From the NCBI GenBank assembly GCA_965222375.1, contig CBDCTZ010000012.1, positions 128,001-192,000 of the forward strand: a stretch of 64,000 nucleotides of DNA, read 5' to 3'. Below the pieces are notes generated by a model. The model worked only from the letters and a program-made list of their open reading frames with translations. It was not told where the DNA came from and searched no databases. The DNA is from Polyangiaceae bacterium. Its GTDB lineage: Bacteria > Myxococcota_A > Polyangia > Polyangiales > Polyangiaceae. How positions within the stretch are numbered: position 1 is the stretch's first letter; the number at the start of each line of letters is the position of its first letter. Of this stretch, positions 55,355-64,000 are shown piece by piece. The position numbers and the translations under genes are program-made.

Positions 55355-58096
55355 ATGGACGCGCTCACAAAAGTGTTCCCGCCCGGAGACTTCACGCTCC
55401 TCGCAGTCATCGTGTGTCTGCCCCTGATTGGGGCGATCGTGAACGGTGTGTTCGGCAAGCGGCTGGGCAAAGATGCCGTTCGACTGATGGCTCTGACTGC
55501 CGTAGGCGGCTCCTTCGTTGCCAGCATCGTGGCTTTCTTGTTGCTCAAGAAAGCGCAAACGGGAACCGACGCGGTGACCTTCACCTGGACGGCTTGGGAG
55601 TGGCTCCGGGTCTCCGGACGTCACGACATCGGATCGATTCCGATTCAGGTCGGGTTTTCCCTCGACGCTCTGAACGCCACCATGTCGCTGGTAGTCACGG
55701 GCGTTGGTTTTCTGATCCACCTGTACTCGACCAGGTACATGGCGACGGATCCGAGCTTTCACCGATTCTTTGCCTACCTGAACCTGTTCATCTTTTCGAT
55801 GCTGGTGCTGATTCTCGGCTCCAGCCTGCCCGTACTCTTCGTTGGCTGGGAAGGCGTCGGTCTTTGCAGCTATCTGCTGATCGGCTTCTGGTTCGACGAT
55901 GAAAAGAACGCCGCGGCGGGCAAGAAGGCCTTCATCGTCAACCGCATCGGCGATTTTGGCTTGCTCGTCGCGATGGCGCTGCTCGCCTATCACGTGGGTG
56001 CCTTGGACTGGGTCGGCATCGATGGCGGTCGCCAGAACCTGCTCAACCCGGTGAAGCTCTGGCCCATCGGCAATGCGGTTCCCCTCTCCAACCTTTTGCC
56101 CACCGGCGCCGCGGAATGGCTGAACACGCCGCGCTATGCCACCGGCGCGACCCTGGTTGGCCTGGCGCTTTTCCTGGGCTGCGCCGGCAAGAGTGCGCAG
56201 ATCCCCCTATACGTCTGGCTGCCAGACGCCATGGCGGGCCCAACGCCGGTCAGCGCGCTGATTCACGCCGCCACCATGGTCACTGCCGGTGTGTACCTGG
56301 TCTGTCGCATGAGCGCGGTCTTCGTGCTCAGCCCCTTCATCATGTTCACCATCGCTTTGATAGGTGCGATCACGGCGCTGTTAGCGGCGAGCATCGCCTT
56401 CGCGCAGAACGACATCAAGAAGGTGCTGGCCTATTCCACGGTCAGCCAGCTCGGCTACATGTTCCTGGGCGTCGGCGTCGGCGCTTTCGCTGCGGGCTTC
56501 TTCCACGTCGTCACCCACGCCTTCTTCAAGGCCTGCCTCTTCCTCGGTGCGGGCAGCGTGATCTATCAGATGCACAAGCGCATCCACGATACTGACGCTT
56601 CCCAAGACATGCGCAATATGGGCGGCATGCGCAAGTACATGCCGTATACTTTTGCGACTTTTGCCGCGGCATGGGTCGCGATCATTGGATTTCCGTTCAC
56701 CAGCGGTTTCTTCTCCAAGGATGAGATCCTGCTGCGCGCGTATACCAACAGCATTCCCTCGCCAATCGAGGGCGGGAAGATCACTCAGCTGACCGCTGCT
56801 GGCGAGCAGACGATTACGGAACTATTCCTGTGGCCCACCTGGGGCAGCAAGCTGCTGTTCGCGATCGGCATCTTGGGCGCCGTGATGACCGCGTTCTACA
56901 TGTCTCGCTTGGTGTTCGGGATCTTCTGGGGTGAGTTCAAGGGCTGGACCATCAAAAAGAAGTGGAAGGAGTCCGCCCACGACGATCACCACCACGCCTC
57001 CGATCCCAACGAGAAGCTCGATGGGCCGATGCCCAAGGAAAGCCCTTGGGAGATGACGTTGCCTCTGGTCGTTTTGGGCGCCCTCGCCATCGGCGCGGGC
57101 TTTTTGAACGCCCATGTGCTGCACATCCACCCCTTGGATAACTGGCTCTTGCCGGTGTTCGACAAGGCCTCTGCCAACGTCACGGTCGCGGAGGGCGGCA
57201 CCAACTTCGTCCTCGCCTGCGGCTTTGGTGCCTTCTTGTTGGGAACTGGTGCGGCCTACTGGATCTATGTGGTGCAGAGCGGCCGGCCGGCGCGCGCCTT
57301 TGTCGAGCAGTTCCCGCGCCTACATGAGTGGGCCTACAACAAGTGGTACGTCGATGAAGCCTACGACGAGGCGGTCGTGGAGTCCGTCGTGTCCCTGGCG
57401 GACACCGCCAACCAGGCCGACAAATACGTAGTGGATGGCGTTGTGGCCAAGCTGACGGCGCTGATCGCGCAGGGTGCTGGCGCAGGGTTGCGTTTGATAC
57501 AGACCGGTCGCGTACAGGCCTATGCCGCGATGATGGTGGTCGGTGTTGGCGGTCTGGGCTGGTTTCTTTTCGCGCCTCATGCCCATGCCAAGACCGTCGG
57601 GGATGCCGGAGCTGGATCCTACGAGGTCATTGCCGCTCCGGGCTTTGGCTACGAGTACCGCTGGGACGCCGACGGCGACGGCAAGTGGGACACCCAGGGC
57701 TTTGGCGAACAAATGAAGATCAACGTCGCGGTCGAGCGTGGCAAGACCAAGACCGTGCGTTTGCAGGTCAAGAACGCCTTCGGACGCACCGCCGAGCGCA
57801 GCTTCGACGTGGAGCGGCCCAAGGCCGAACTCGGCAGCGGTGGAGTTACGACCATCCAGGTAGAGCGTGGCGCCGACGGAAAGGTCCGCGGCCTGCTCCC
57901 CGGACAGCAGCCGAGCCGACCTCAGGTCCCTGGGCAACGGCCGTCGCGTCCCCAGGTCCCCGGGCAGCGACCGTCGCGTCCGCAGGTGCCAGGCCAGCCG
58001 CAGCGGGAGCCGGGCCCGACGCCCGCGCGGCCCGGCGCTAGACCCGTCCGGCCGCCCCTGCCAGCTGGCCACCCGGGCCTGGGAGACAACCAATGA
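55355..58096 (+). CDS. nuoL: NADH-quinone oxidoreductase subunit L with C-terminal soluble extension
   Basis: GWEGVGLCSYLLIGFW, GKSAQIPLYVWLPDAMAGPTPVSALIHAATMV, HAFFKA; about 170 extra C-terminal residues. Confidence 0.96.
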   Translation: MDALTKVFPPGDFTLLAVIVCLPLIGAIVNGVFGKRLGKDAVRLMALTAVGGSFVASIVAFLLLKKAQTGTDAVTFTWTAWEWLRVSGRHDIGSIPIQVGFSLDALNATMSLVVTGVGFLIHLYSTRYMATDPSFHRFFAYLNLFIFSMLVLILGSSLPVLFVGWEGVGLCSYLLIGFWFDDEKNAAAGKKAFIVNRIGDFGLLVAMALLAYHVGALDWVGIDGGRQNLLNPVKLWPIGNAVPLSNLLPTGAAEWLNTPRYATGATLVGLALFLGCAGKSAQIPLYVWLPDAMAGPTPVSALIHAATMVTAGVYLVCRMSAVFVLSPFIMFTIALIGAITALLAASIAFAQNDIKKVLAYSTVSQLGYMFLGVGVGAFAAGFFHVVTHAFFKACLFLGAGSVIYQMHKRIHDTDASQDMRNMGGMRKYMPYTFATFAAAWVAIIGFPFTSGFFSKDEILLRAYTNSIPSPIEGGKITQLTAAGEQTITELFLWPTWGSKLLFAIGILGAVMTAFYMSRLVFGIFWGEFKGWTIKKKWKESAHDDHHHASDPNEKLDGPMPKESPWEMTLPLVVLGALAIGAGFLNAHVLHIHPLDNWLLPVFDKASANVTVAEGGTNFVLACGFGAFLLGTGAAYWIYVVQSGRPARAFVEQFPRLHEWAYNKWYVDEAYDEAVVESVVSLADTANQADKYVVDGVVAKLTALIAQGAGAGLRLIQTGRVQAYAAMMVVGVGGLGWFLFAPHAHAKTVGDAGAGSYEVIAAPGFGYEYRWDADGDGKWDTQGFGEQMKINVAVERGKTKTVRLQVKNAFGRTAERSFDVERPKAELGSGGVTTIQVERGADGKVRGLLPGQQPSRPQVPGQRPSRPQVPGQRPSRPQVPGQPQREPGPTPARPGARPVRPPLPAGHPGLGDNQ
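57899..57997 (+). repeat. 30-bp tandem repeat (3.3 units) encoding PGQ(Q/R)PSRPQV inside nuoL
   Basis: Units at 57899-928, 57929-958, 57959-988 plus a partial unit. Confidence 0.9.
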
Positions 58097-59961
58097 GTCC
58101 TGCCGCAAAGGGCGTGTTCGAGCTGCTGCCGTATCTAGTGGCCTTCGCAGCTTGCGCGATCATTCCACGTCGCCAAGGTGCATTGGAGCGCATCGCCTTC
58201 GGGGTCGTGGGCGCACTGTCCCTGGCCCTCATCCTCGGGCTGTGGCCAGACGCGGCCGCCGCCGGTGACGCTTCGGCTGCGCCACCCGAAGAGTGGCCGC
58301 ACTTGCTCAATGTGATCGTGTTCTTGCCGATCCTCGGCGCGTTGGCGGTCCTGTTCCTGCCCCGGCAAACGCCGAATTTACTCAGGCGCTTTACCCTTGG
58401 GATCTTGGCGGTGGACTTCATCGCCTCGCTGCTGCTGCTGCGAGTGCCCATGTCGCGCGGCTGGCACTTCCAGTACGTGAGTGATTGGCTGCCCAGCTTC
58501 GGGATTCGCTATCACGTAGCTCTCGATGGCGTCAGCTTGTGGATGGTGCTGCTCGCCACTCTGACCACACCGATCGCGGCCTACGTGTCCTTCGGCTCCA
58601 TCAAGAAGCGCACCAAGGACCTGTGCTTCGCCATGCTGCTCTTGCACGGCGCCATGCTCGGTGCGTTCGTGTCCTTGGACTTGTTCCTGTTCTACGTGTT
58701 CTGGGAACTCATGCTCGTGCCGATGATCATCCTGATCGGCGTGTGGGGCGGGGTCGAGAAGATCAAAGCGGCCTACAAGTTCTTCCTCTACACGATGGCA
58801 GGTAGCGTGCTGATGCTGGCCGCGATCCTGTACATGGTCTGGGCGCACAAGTCCGTGGCAGGCTTCGTCACCTTCGACTACTTGGCCCTCTCGCAGCTGA
58901 TCTTGCCCCGGACGGCGGCCTGGCTCTGCTTCGGTGCCTTTGCCTTGGCCTTCGTGATCAAGGTGCCCATGTTCCCGCTGCATACCTGGTTGCCGGACGC
59001 TCACGTACAGGCGCCGACCGGGGGCTCGATCATCCTGGCGGCCGTGCTGCTCAAGCTGGGAACCTACGGCTACATCCGCTTCTGCATGGGCATGTTCGGT
59101 GGCCCGGCCTGGAGTGCGGCGGCCAACCTCGCCGGAATCGCCGTGGGTGGCGGAATTCTCTACGGCGCGCTCGTCGCCTGGCGCCAGGATGACATCAAGC
59201 GCCTGGTGGCTTATTCCTCCGTAGCCCACATGGGCTTCGTGATGCTCGGATTGTTCAGTGGCACCAAGCCCGGTGTCGAAGGTGCCATCATCCAGATGGT
59301 CAATCATGGCATCTCGACCGGCGCGCTCTTCTTGTTGGTTGGCGTGATCTACGACCGCCGCCACACCCGAGAGGTGCGCGAGTTCGGCGGACTCGCGAAG
59401 GTGATGCCCATCTACGCGGCGATTTTCGTGATCGTGACGATGTCGAGCATCGGCGTTCCGGGGACCAACGGATTCGTTGGTGAGTTCATGGTCATCATGG
59501 GGACGTACGTTTCATTGCCCCTCGGCTCTCATGGTGGCCTGCAGGCGATTCTCGCGGCCTTCGGAGTCATCCTGGCCGCGGTCTATATGTTGGGCCTGGT
59601 GCAACGGGTGTTCTTTGGCCCCCTATCCAACCCCAAGAACAAGGGACTGAAAGACCTCAACGTGCGGGAGTCCGTGGCGCTGGCGCCCCTGGTTGCGCTG
59701 ATCTTCGTGATCGGCCTGTTCCCTTCGCTGCTTCTCGAGCGCACGCGCGACTCGGTGGCGGTGGTGATCGACCGCTACAGCGCGAGCCGCAAGGCGTACC
59801 AAGAGATGGATCCTTTGGCGGTCAAGCCGCGCATGATGCCGCGAAAGGGGGGACTGCTGGAGACGGGTTATCCCGAGCCCCCCAAGCCCAAGGAGGTCAA
59901 GGCGGACGCGCCGAAGGCCGAAGGCGACAAAACTGCTCTCAACACGGAGGCGCAGCCGTGA
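58093..59961 (+). CDS. nuoM: NADH-quinone oxidoreductase subunit M
   Basis: FYVFWELML.P, KVPMFPLHTWLPDAHVQAPT, AYSSVAHMG, PGTNGFVGEF. Confidence 0.96.
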   Translation: MSPAAKGVFELLPYLVAFAACAIIPRRQGALERIAFGVVGALSLALILGLWPDAAAAGDASAAPPEEWPHLLNVIVFLPILGALAVLFLPRQTPNLLRRFTLGILAVDFIASLLLLRVPMSRGWHFQYVSDWLPSFGIRYHVALDGVSLWMVLLATLTTPIAAYVSFGSIKKRTKDLCFAMLLLHGAMLGAFVSLDLFLFYVFWELMLVPMIILIGVWGGVEKIKAAYKFFLYTMAGSVLMLAAILYMVWAHKSVAGFVTFDYLALSQLILPRTAAWLCFGAFALAFVIKVPMFPLHTWLPDAHVQAPTGGSIILAAVLLKLGTYGYIRFCMGMFGGPAWSAAANLAGIAVGGGILYGALVAWRQDDIKRLVAYSSVAHMGFVMLGLFSGTKPGVEGAIIQMVNHGISTGALFLLVGVIYDRRHTREVREFGGLAKVMPIYAAIFVIVTMSSIGVPGTNGFVGEFMVIMGTYVSLPLGSHGGLQAILAAFGVILAAVYMLGLVQRVFFGPLSNPKNKGLKDLNVRESVALAPLVALIFVIGLFPSLLLERTRDSVAVVIDRYSASRKAYQEMDPLAVKPRMMPRKGGLLETGYPEPPKPKEVKADAPKAEGDKTALNTEAQP

Positions 59962-61505
59962 GTATGGACGTCATCTTTGGCCTGTCGCCGCTGCTTTCGG
60001 TGGCGCTTGGTGCGCTGCTGCTCATGCTCGCCGAGGCCTTCGGCAAGCCACAGAACGAGCACGGGTTCGGGCCCGACGGCGTTGTGGTGGATGCTGGCGC
60101 CGGGCGTGCCGGCGAGCTTGGCATGCTCGCGGCGGTCATTCTGTTGGCCGGCAGTGCTCTGAGCATGGGCGTGTGGTTTGCGGGCCCCGAGAACCTGGAG
60201 GGGCTCGACAGCCTGCAGCCGTATCTGATCATCGACCGCTTCACGATCTTCTTCTGCTTCATGTTGTGTCTCGGAGGCGCTCTGGCGTCGTTGCTTGCGG
60301 GTGGCTATCTCGCGGAGCACCGCATCGACCGAAGCGAGTTCTTCCCCTTGGTACTCTTCGCCACGGTCGGTGCCATGGCTCTGGCGGCGTCCGGGGAGTT
60401 ACTCACCCTCTTCGTGGCCCTGGAGACCATGTCCCTCGGCGTCTACGCCATGGTCGGGCTGCGCCGGAGCGCGCGAGCCAGCGAAGCGGCGCTGAAGTAC
60501 TTTCTGCTGGGTAGCTTTGCCGCCGCCTTGATGCTGTTTGGTGCGGCCTTGCTCTACGGCGCGACCGGCCATACGGACCTGGCCGGCATCGGAGCCGCCA
60601 TCAAGACCGTCGGTCAAGGGGGCTCGACCGTCAGCGCCGCCCCGGTGCTCGTGGCGCTCGTCCTGACCCTGGCCGGTCTCGCTTTCAAAGTGAGCGCGGT
60701 GCCCTTCCACATGTGGACCCCGGACGCCTATGAAGGCGCTCCGACTCCGGCCACGAGCTACATGGCAGTTGCGGTCAAGGCTGCGGCATTCGCGGTGCTG
60801 ATTCGCGTACTCTTGATCGGCTTCGGGGACGAGCGGCTCATGAGTTGGGCCAGCGGTTGGCCACCAGCCTTGGCCACGATGGCGGTATTAAGCATGACCG
60901 TCGCCAACCTCATCGCGGGCCGACAGGCATCGGTGAAGCGCATGCTGGCGTATTCGTCGATCGCCCACGCGGGCTATGCCCTCGTAGGTGTCGTCGCGAT
61001 CATGCGCAGCGACATGGGACAGGCAAGCGTCCTGTTCTACCTACTTACCTATACGGTCTCCACTGCGGGTGCGTTCGGCGCGCTGATCTACTGCGGCAGC
61101 CGCGGCAAAGAAGCCGTCAGTTATGAAGACCTAGCCGGGATTGCGAAGCGCCACCCCACAGCGGCTCTGGCCTTCTCGCTGTTCCTGCTTTCCCTGGCGG
61201 GGATCCCGCCCACAGCGGGCTTTTTCGGCAAGCTGTATATCTTTCAGGCTGCCATGGACGCAGAGCTGTACACGCTGGCGGTGTTGGGTCTGCTCAACAG
61301 CTTGTTGGGCGCCTACTACTATCTGCGAGTCCTCGTGTTCATGTACATGCGTGAGCCCGCACCTGGCGCGCCCATCGCCGTACCCATGCGCTCCGCCTAC
61401 GTGGCCTCCGCTCTGGTCATCGCAGCGGTCTTGGTGCTCGCCTTGGGTGTTCTCCCTGACTCCTGGTTGGAGATGGCGGGAGCCGCGGGCGTGCTCAAGA
61501 GCTGA
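59958..61505 (+). CDS. nuoN: NADH-quinone oxidoreductase subunit N
   Basis: EAALKYFLLG, FKVSAVPFHMWTPDAYEGAPTP, KRMLAYSSIAHAGY, SLAGIPPTAGF. Confidence 0.96.
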   Translation: MSMDVIFGLSPLLSVALGALLLMLAEAFGKPQNEHGFGPDGVVVDAGAGRAGELGMLAAVILLAGSALSMGVWFAGPENLEGLDSLQPYLIIDRFTIFFCFMLCLGGALASLLAGGYLAEHRIDRSEFFPLVLFATVGAMALAASGELLTLFVALETMSLGVYAMVGLRRSARASEAALKYFLLGSFAAALMLFGAALLYGATGHTDLAGIGAAIKTVGQGGSTVSAAPVLVALVLTLAGLAFKVSAVPFHMWTPDAYEGAPTPATSYMAVAVKAAAFAVLIRVLLIGFGDERLMSWASGWPPALATMAVLSMTVANLIAGRQASVKRMLAYSSIAHAGYALVGVVAIMRSDMGQASVLFYLLTYTVSTAGAFGALIYCGSRGKEAVSYEDLAGIAKRHPTAALAFSLFLLSLAGIPPTAGFFGKLYIFQAAMDAELYTLAVLGLLNSLLGAYYYLRVLVFMYMREPAPGAPIAVPMRSAYVASALVIAAVLVLALGVLPDSWLEMAGAAGVLKS

Positions 61506-61577
61506 AGTAGGCGCCGGCAGCCTCAAGAGGTGAAGTAGCCGCGGGCGCGGTCGAGAGCCAAAGCAGGCGCGCTTGGA

Positions 61578-61614
61578 CAAAAAGAGACGGGCACGCCCTT
61601 CGGCGTGCCCGTCT
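61578..61614 (-). terminator. Intrinsic terminator between convergent nuoN and DUF4352 genes
   Basis: 13-bp perfect stem AGACGGGCACGCC-cttc-GGCGTGCCCGTCT (61585-61614) followed by CTTTTT on the minus strand. Confidence 0.85.
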
Positions 61615-61635
61615 AGTCCGTCTCGACTATAAATC

Positions 61636-62193
61636 TCAGCGGCCCAGGTCGAACTTCAACTGCTGCTTGCCGGCCCCGATGATGATCGGGTTGTAGGTGA
61701 GCTTCAATCCGCTCGCCTTCTTGGGTACCTCGAAGGTGACCCAGCCCTTGGCTTTCTCGCCCTTGCCGACGCGCACGCTCTTTAGGTCAGGCGTGCAGCC
61801 GCCGAAAGTGCTCGTGTAGGAGTACCCTTCGCTGTCGGTCACCTTCGCGTAGAAGGGGTTCACGGCCACGTCCTTGTCGGCTGTGCCCTCGACGTTCACT
61901 TCCACGCCGAGCTTGATGTTGCCTTTTTTGGCGCGGAAGTAGTACTTGACCTTGCACTCCTTCACGTTCTCGATGGTCATGGCGTAGTCGGGCGCGGTGG
62001 CCTTTTCACCTACGTTCCATACCTTGTTGCTCGGTGTCGGCTTGGTCGTGGTGGTGGTTCCGGTGTTGGTCGTCGGCGTCTCAGCCGTAGTGGGGGCCGG
62101 TGGGGGTGGCGACTTCTTCTTGCAAGCCAAGAGCGCGCCGACAACCAGCGCTGCGCAACCGAAGGTGGTCCAAGAGCTCGAACGAATGTGCAT
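61636..62193 (-). CDS. DUF4352-like lipoprotein
   Basis: Lipobox LLAC, Thr/Pro linker, NPFY.KVTDSEG..GEKAKGWVTFEVPK; ATG 62193 inferred as start. Confidence 0.8.
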   Translation of the reverse strand: MHIRSSSWTTFGCAALVVGALLACKKKSPPPPAPTTAETPTTNTGTTTTTKPTPSNKVWNVGEKATAPDYAMTIENVKECKVKYYFRAKKGNIKLGVEVNVEGTADKDVAVNPFYAKVTDSEGYSYTSTFGGCTPDLKSVRVGKGEKAKGWVTFEVPKKASGLKLTYNPIIIGAGKQQLKFDLGR

Positions 62194-62373
62194 CAGCGGC
62201 ACCCTTTCCCTGTTTTCGTCGTTTCGAAAAACCGCGCCGACCTTACCCGAAAACGGGTCGGATTTTGAAGCGGAGAGGGCCAGAACGGCCCGAGGATTGC
62301 TCCCTTTGAATTCGGGCCGTAATACGGGCATTGTCCTGCGGGTCTTCCCGAATATCGCTGCATTGGTAACTAC

Positions 62374-63312
62374 ATGAAATTACAACATTTTTATCACAGG
62401 ACGGGAGCTTGGCGTTTTCCATCCGCCGCCGCCCTGGCCGCCATCTGGGTTTGCGCGACTGCCACCGCCGTTGGCTGCTCGAAAAAGAAACCCTCCGCCA
62501 CTGGGGTCCCTTCGGCTTCGGCGGTGGGGTCGGCTTCCGCGTCTGGGCCGCCGGTCGTGGCGGCAGTTCCGGTTGCGGTGGAAACCATCAGGAAGGCGGT
62601 CAACCCGAAAGGTAAGCCTGTCCACACCGGACCCACCGGCATCGTACGCGGGGTCGTGCGCATCGAGGGGCCACCGGCGCCACCCCGGGATGAAGTGTTG
62701 AGCAAGATCCCCGCGAAGTGTCAGTCATCGAAGGGCTTCTATGCCCCGGCCTTTCGCGAGGGGCCGGAGCGCGGCGTCGCTGACGTGCTCGTGACCGTCA
62801 GTGGCTACGACGCCTACGTTCCCGCGGCGGGCGAGACGAAGAGCGGGACGGTCAAGGATTGCGCGTTCGGGGCGCGCACCTACGCGCTGATGTTCGGTCA
62901 GAAGCTCCTGGTGAAGAACCTCGGGGCGATCCCTCAGATGCCCAAGCTTCTGGGCGCGAAAACCACCGCTGTCATGGTTGCAGTCCCAGGTGGAGACGCT
63001 GTGGAGCTGCTGCCCGACCACCCCGGCAGGTTCGCCTTGGTGGATGAGATGTACAGTGGCGTCCAGGCTGACGTCTTTGTCCTGCAGTACCCAACCTTCG
63101 CCGTGACGGGGACGGATGGTCGCTTCGAGATCCGGGGTGTCCCTCCAGGAGAACTGAAGCTTAATGCGCTGCTACCCTCGACCATGTCAGCGAAGAGCCA
63201 GAAGCTGAAAGTCCAAGGCGGCAAGTCCACGGAGGCGGAGATCGTGCTGAAGTATTCCAAGCCCTCGCCGGCGCCGTCGGCTTCAGGGCCAACACCACCC
63301 CAGATCCCCTGA
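62374..63312 (+). CDS. Lipoprotein with carboxypeptidase-regulatory-like/cupredoxin-like beta-sandwich domains
   Basis: Lipobox AVGC; GIVRGVVRIEG, GVADVLVTV, FAVTGTDGRFEIRGVPPG. Confidence 0.7.
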   Translation: MKLQHFYHRTGAWRFPSAAALAAIWVCATATAVGCSKKKPSATGVPSASAVGSASASGPPVVAAVPVAVETIRKAVNPKGKPVHTGPTGIVRGVVRIEGPPAPPRDEVLSKIPAKCQSSKGFYAPAFREGPERGVADVLVTVSGYDAYVPAAGETKSGTVKDCAFGARTYALMFGQKLLVKNLGAIPQMPKLLGAKTTAVMVAVPGGDAVELLPDHPGRFALVDEMYSGVQADVFVLQYPTFAVTGTDGRFEIRGVPPGELKLNALLPSTMSAKSQKLKVQGGKSTEAEIVLKYSKPSPAPSASGPTPPQIP

Positions 63313-63329
63313 GGCGGTGGCTGCTGGCC

Positions 63330-63998
63330 TCAGAAGTGGAGTACTTTTTTCGACCTCGGCTGGGAGCGAGGGGACTGGGATAGGCCCGCTTTGCGGAGTC
63401 GATCTTCGATGCCGCGTTCCAGGGCATCGGACGGATCAGGCAGGGTTGGGGCGGCGCGGATCCAGGCCCGGGCTGCGTCGTCGCCAGCGCGGCGCCGAAG
63501 CATCTCTGTCATGAGTCGACTGCTGAGCGGGCTCAGGGGAGCAGTGGGTGTTGCCGGCGGCGTTCCAGGAAAGACTTCGCCCCGCAGGTCTGCAGCGACC
63601 CATAAGGCGACATACGCATCGCCGTCCGTTGGGTCGGCGGCGAGGACGTGGAGTGCTTGCGCCTGCGCCAGCTTGGCCGCACCGAGCGCTGCTGCCCTGC
63701 TGGCGAGGGCCCCGGGACCCAGGCGGCAGCGATTCGCCAGGTCCCGAGCCAGGCCGAGTTTGCCGCTGGTGATGGCGTGATCCAGGTCTGCGCGCGTCGC
63801 GGCCTCGCACGACTCCACTGCGCCACCACTTCGCGCAATTGCCGTCTCTAGGGCACGAGCGCGAGTGGTCGCGTGGAGGGCCCAGGCTGGGTCGCCCGCG
63901 CGCTTCGCGAGGGTCGCGACGCGCTTCCAAGCAGTGGGAGACGCGTGCTGGAGGGCGTCGGAGATGGCCCAGCTCAGGGCTTCGCGAGCTTTGCCACT
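63330..63998 (-). CDS. C-terminal part of a helical (TPR-like) hypothetical protein, truncated by the window edge
   Basis: The frame of ORF 63330..63818 stays open to the window end; Ala-rich helical composition. Confidence 0.6.
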   Translation of the reverse strand, partial: SGKAREALSWAISDALQHASPTAWKRVATLAKRAGDPAWALHATTRARALETAIARSGGAVESCEAATRADLDHAITSGKLGLARDLANRCRLGPGALASRAAALGAAKLAQAQALHVLAADPTDGDAYVALWVAADLRGEVFPGTPPATPTAPLSPLSSRLMTEMLRRRAGDDAARAWIRAAPTLPDPSDALERGIEDRLRKAGLSQSPRSQPRSKKVLHF

Positions 63999-64000
63999 GG

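Overview
GC-rich chromosomal window that reads like a myxobacterium of the Polyangiaceae/Polyangiales type. This is inferred from a MYXO-CTERM-like sorting signal, an MXAN_5187-type protein, Cys-rich repeat lipoproteins, a membrane Ser/Thr kinase and a sigma54 activator. Most of it is core or lineage-typical coding sequence: a sigma54 enhancer-binding protein, two trypsin-like proteases, cystathionine beta-synthase, an MshEN-PilB/GspE ATPase, AlkA and UDG glycosylases, trxB, lexA, ExbB/ExbD/TonB, an acyl-CoA dehydrogenase pair, ychF and a partial complex I operon (nuoEF-JKLMN). No rRNA, tRNA, CRISPR array, transposase, integrase or phage genes were seen. The most unusual signals are non-coding. 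(1) At 26.0-27.05 kb a decayed four-helix-bundle (Avd/IVS-like) gene is bracketed by oppositely oriented imperfect 6-nt tandem tracts and interrupted twice by the same 26-bp double-mini-hairpin insert. (2) Next to it is a ~190-bp dispersed repeat whose second copy at 50.6 kb has an internal 28-bp module flipped. (3) Related hexamer tracts occur alone at 28.95 and 33.0 kb. (4) There is a probable 6S RNA with a clean sigma70 promoter at 21.7 kb. (5) The lexA promoter carries a variant operator palindrome and a DnaA-box cluster. Notable proteins are a stand-alone PglZ-domain protein, a NuoL with a long PKD-like/Pro-rich C-terminal extension and a yeast/human-like CBS. All family calls are by motif recognition, not database search.
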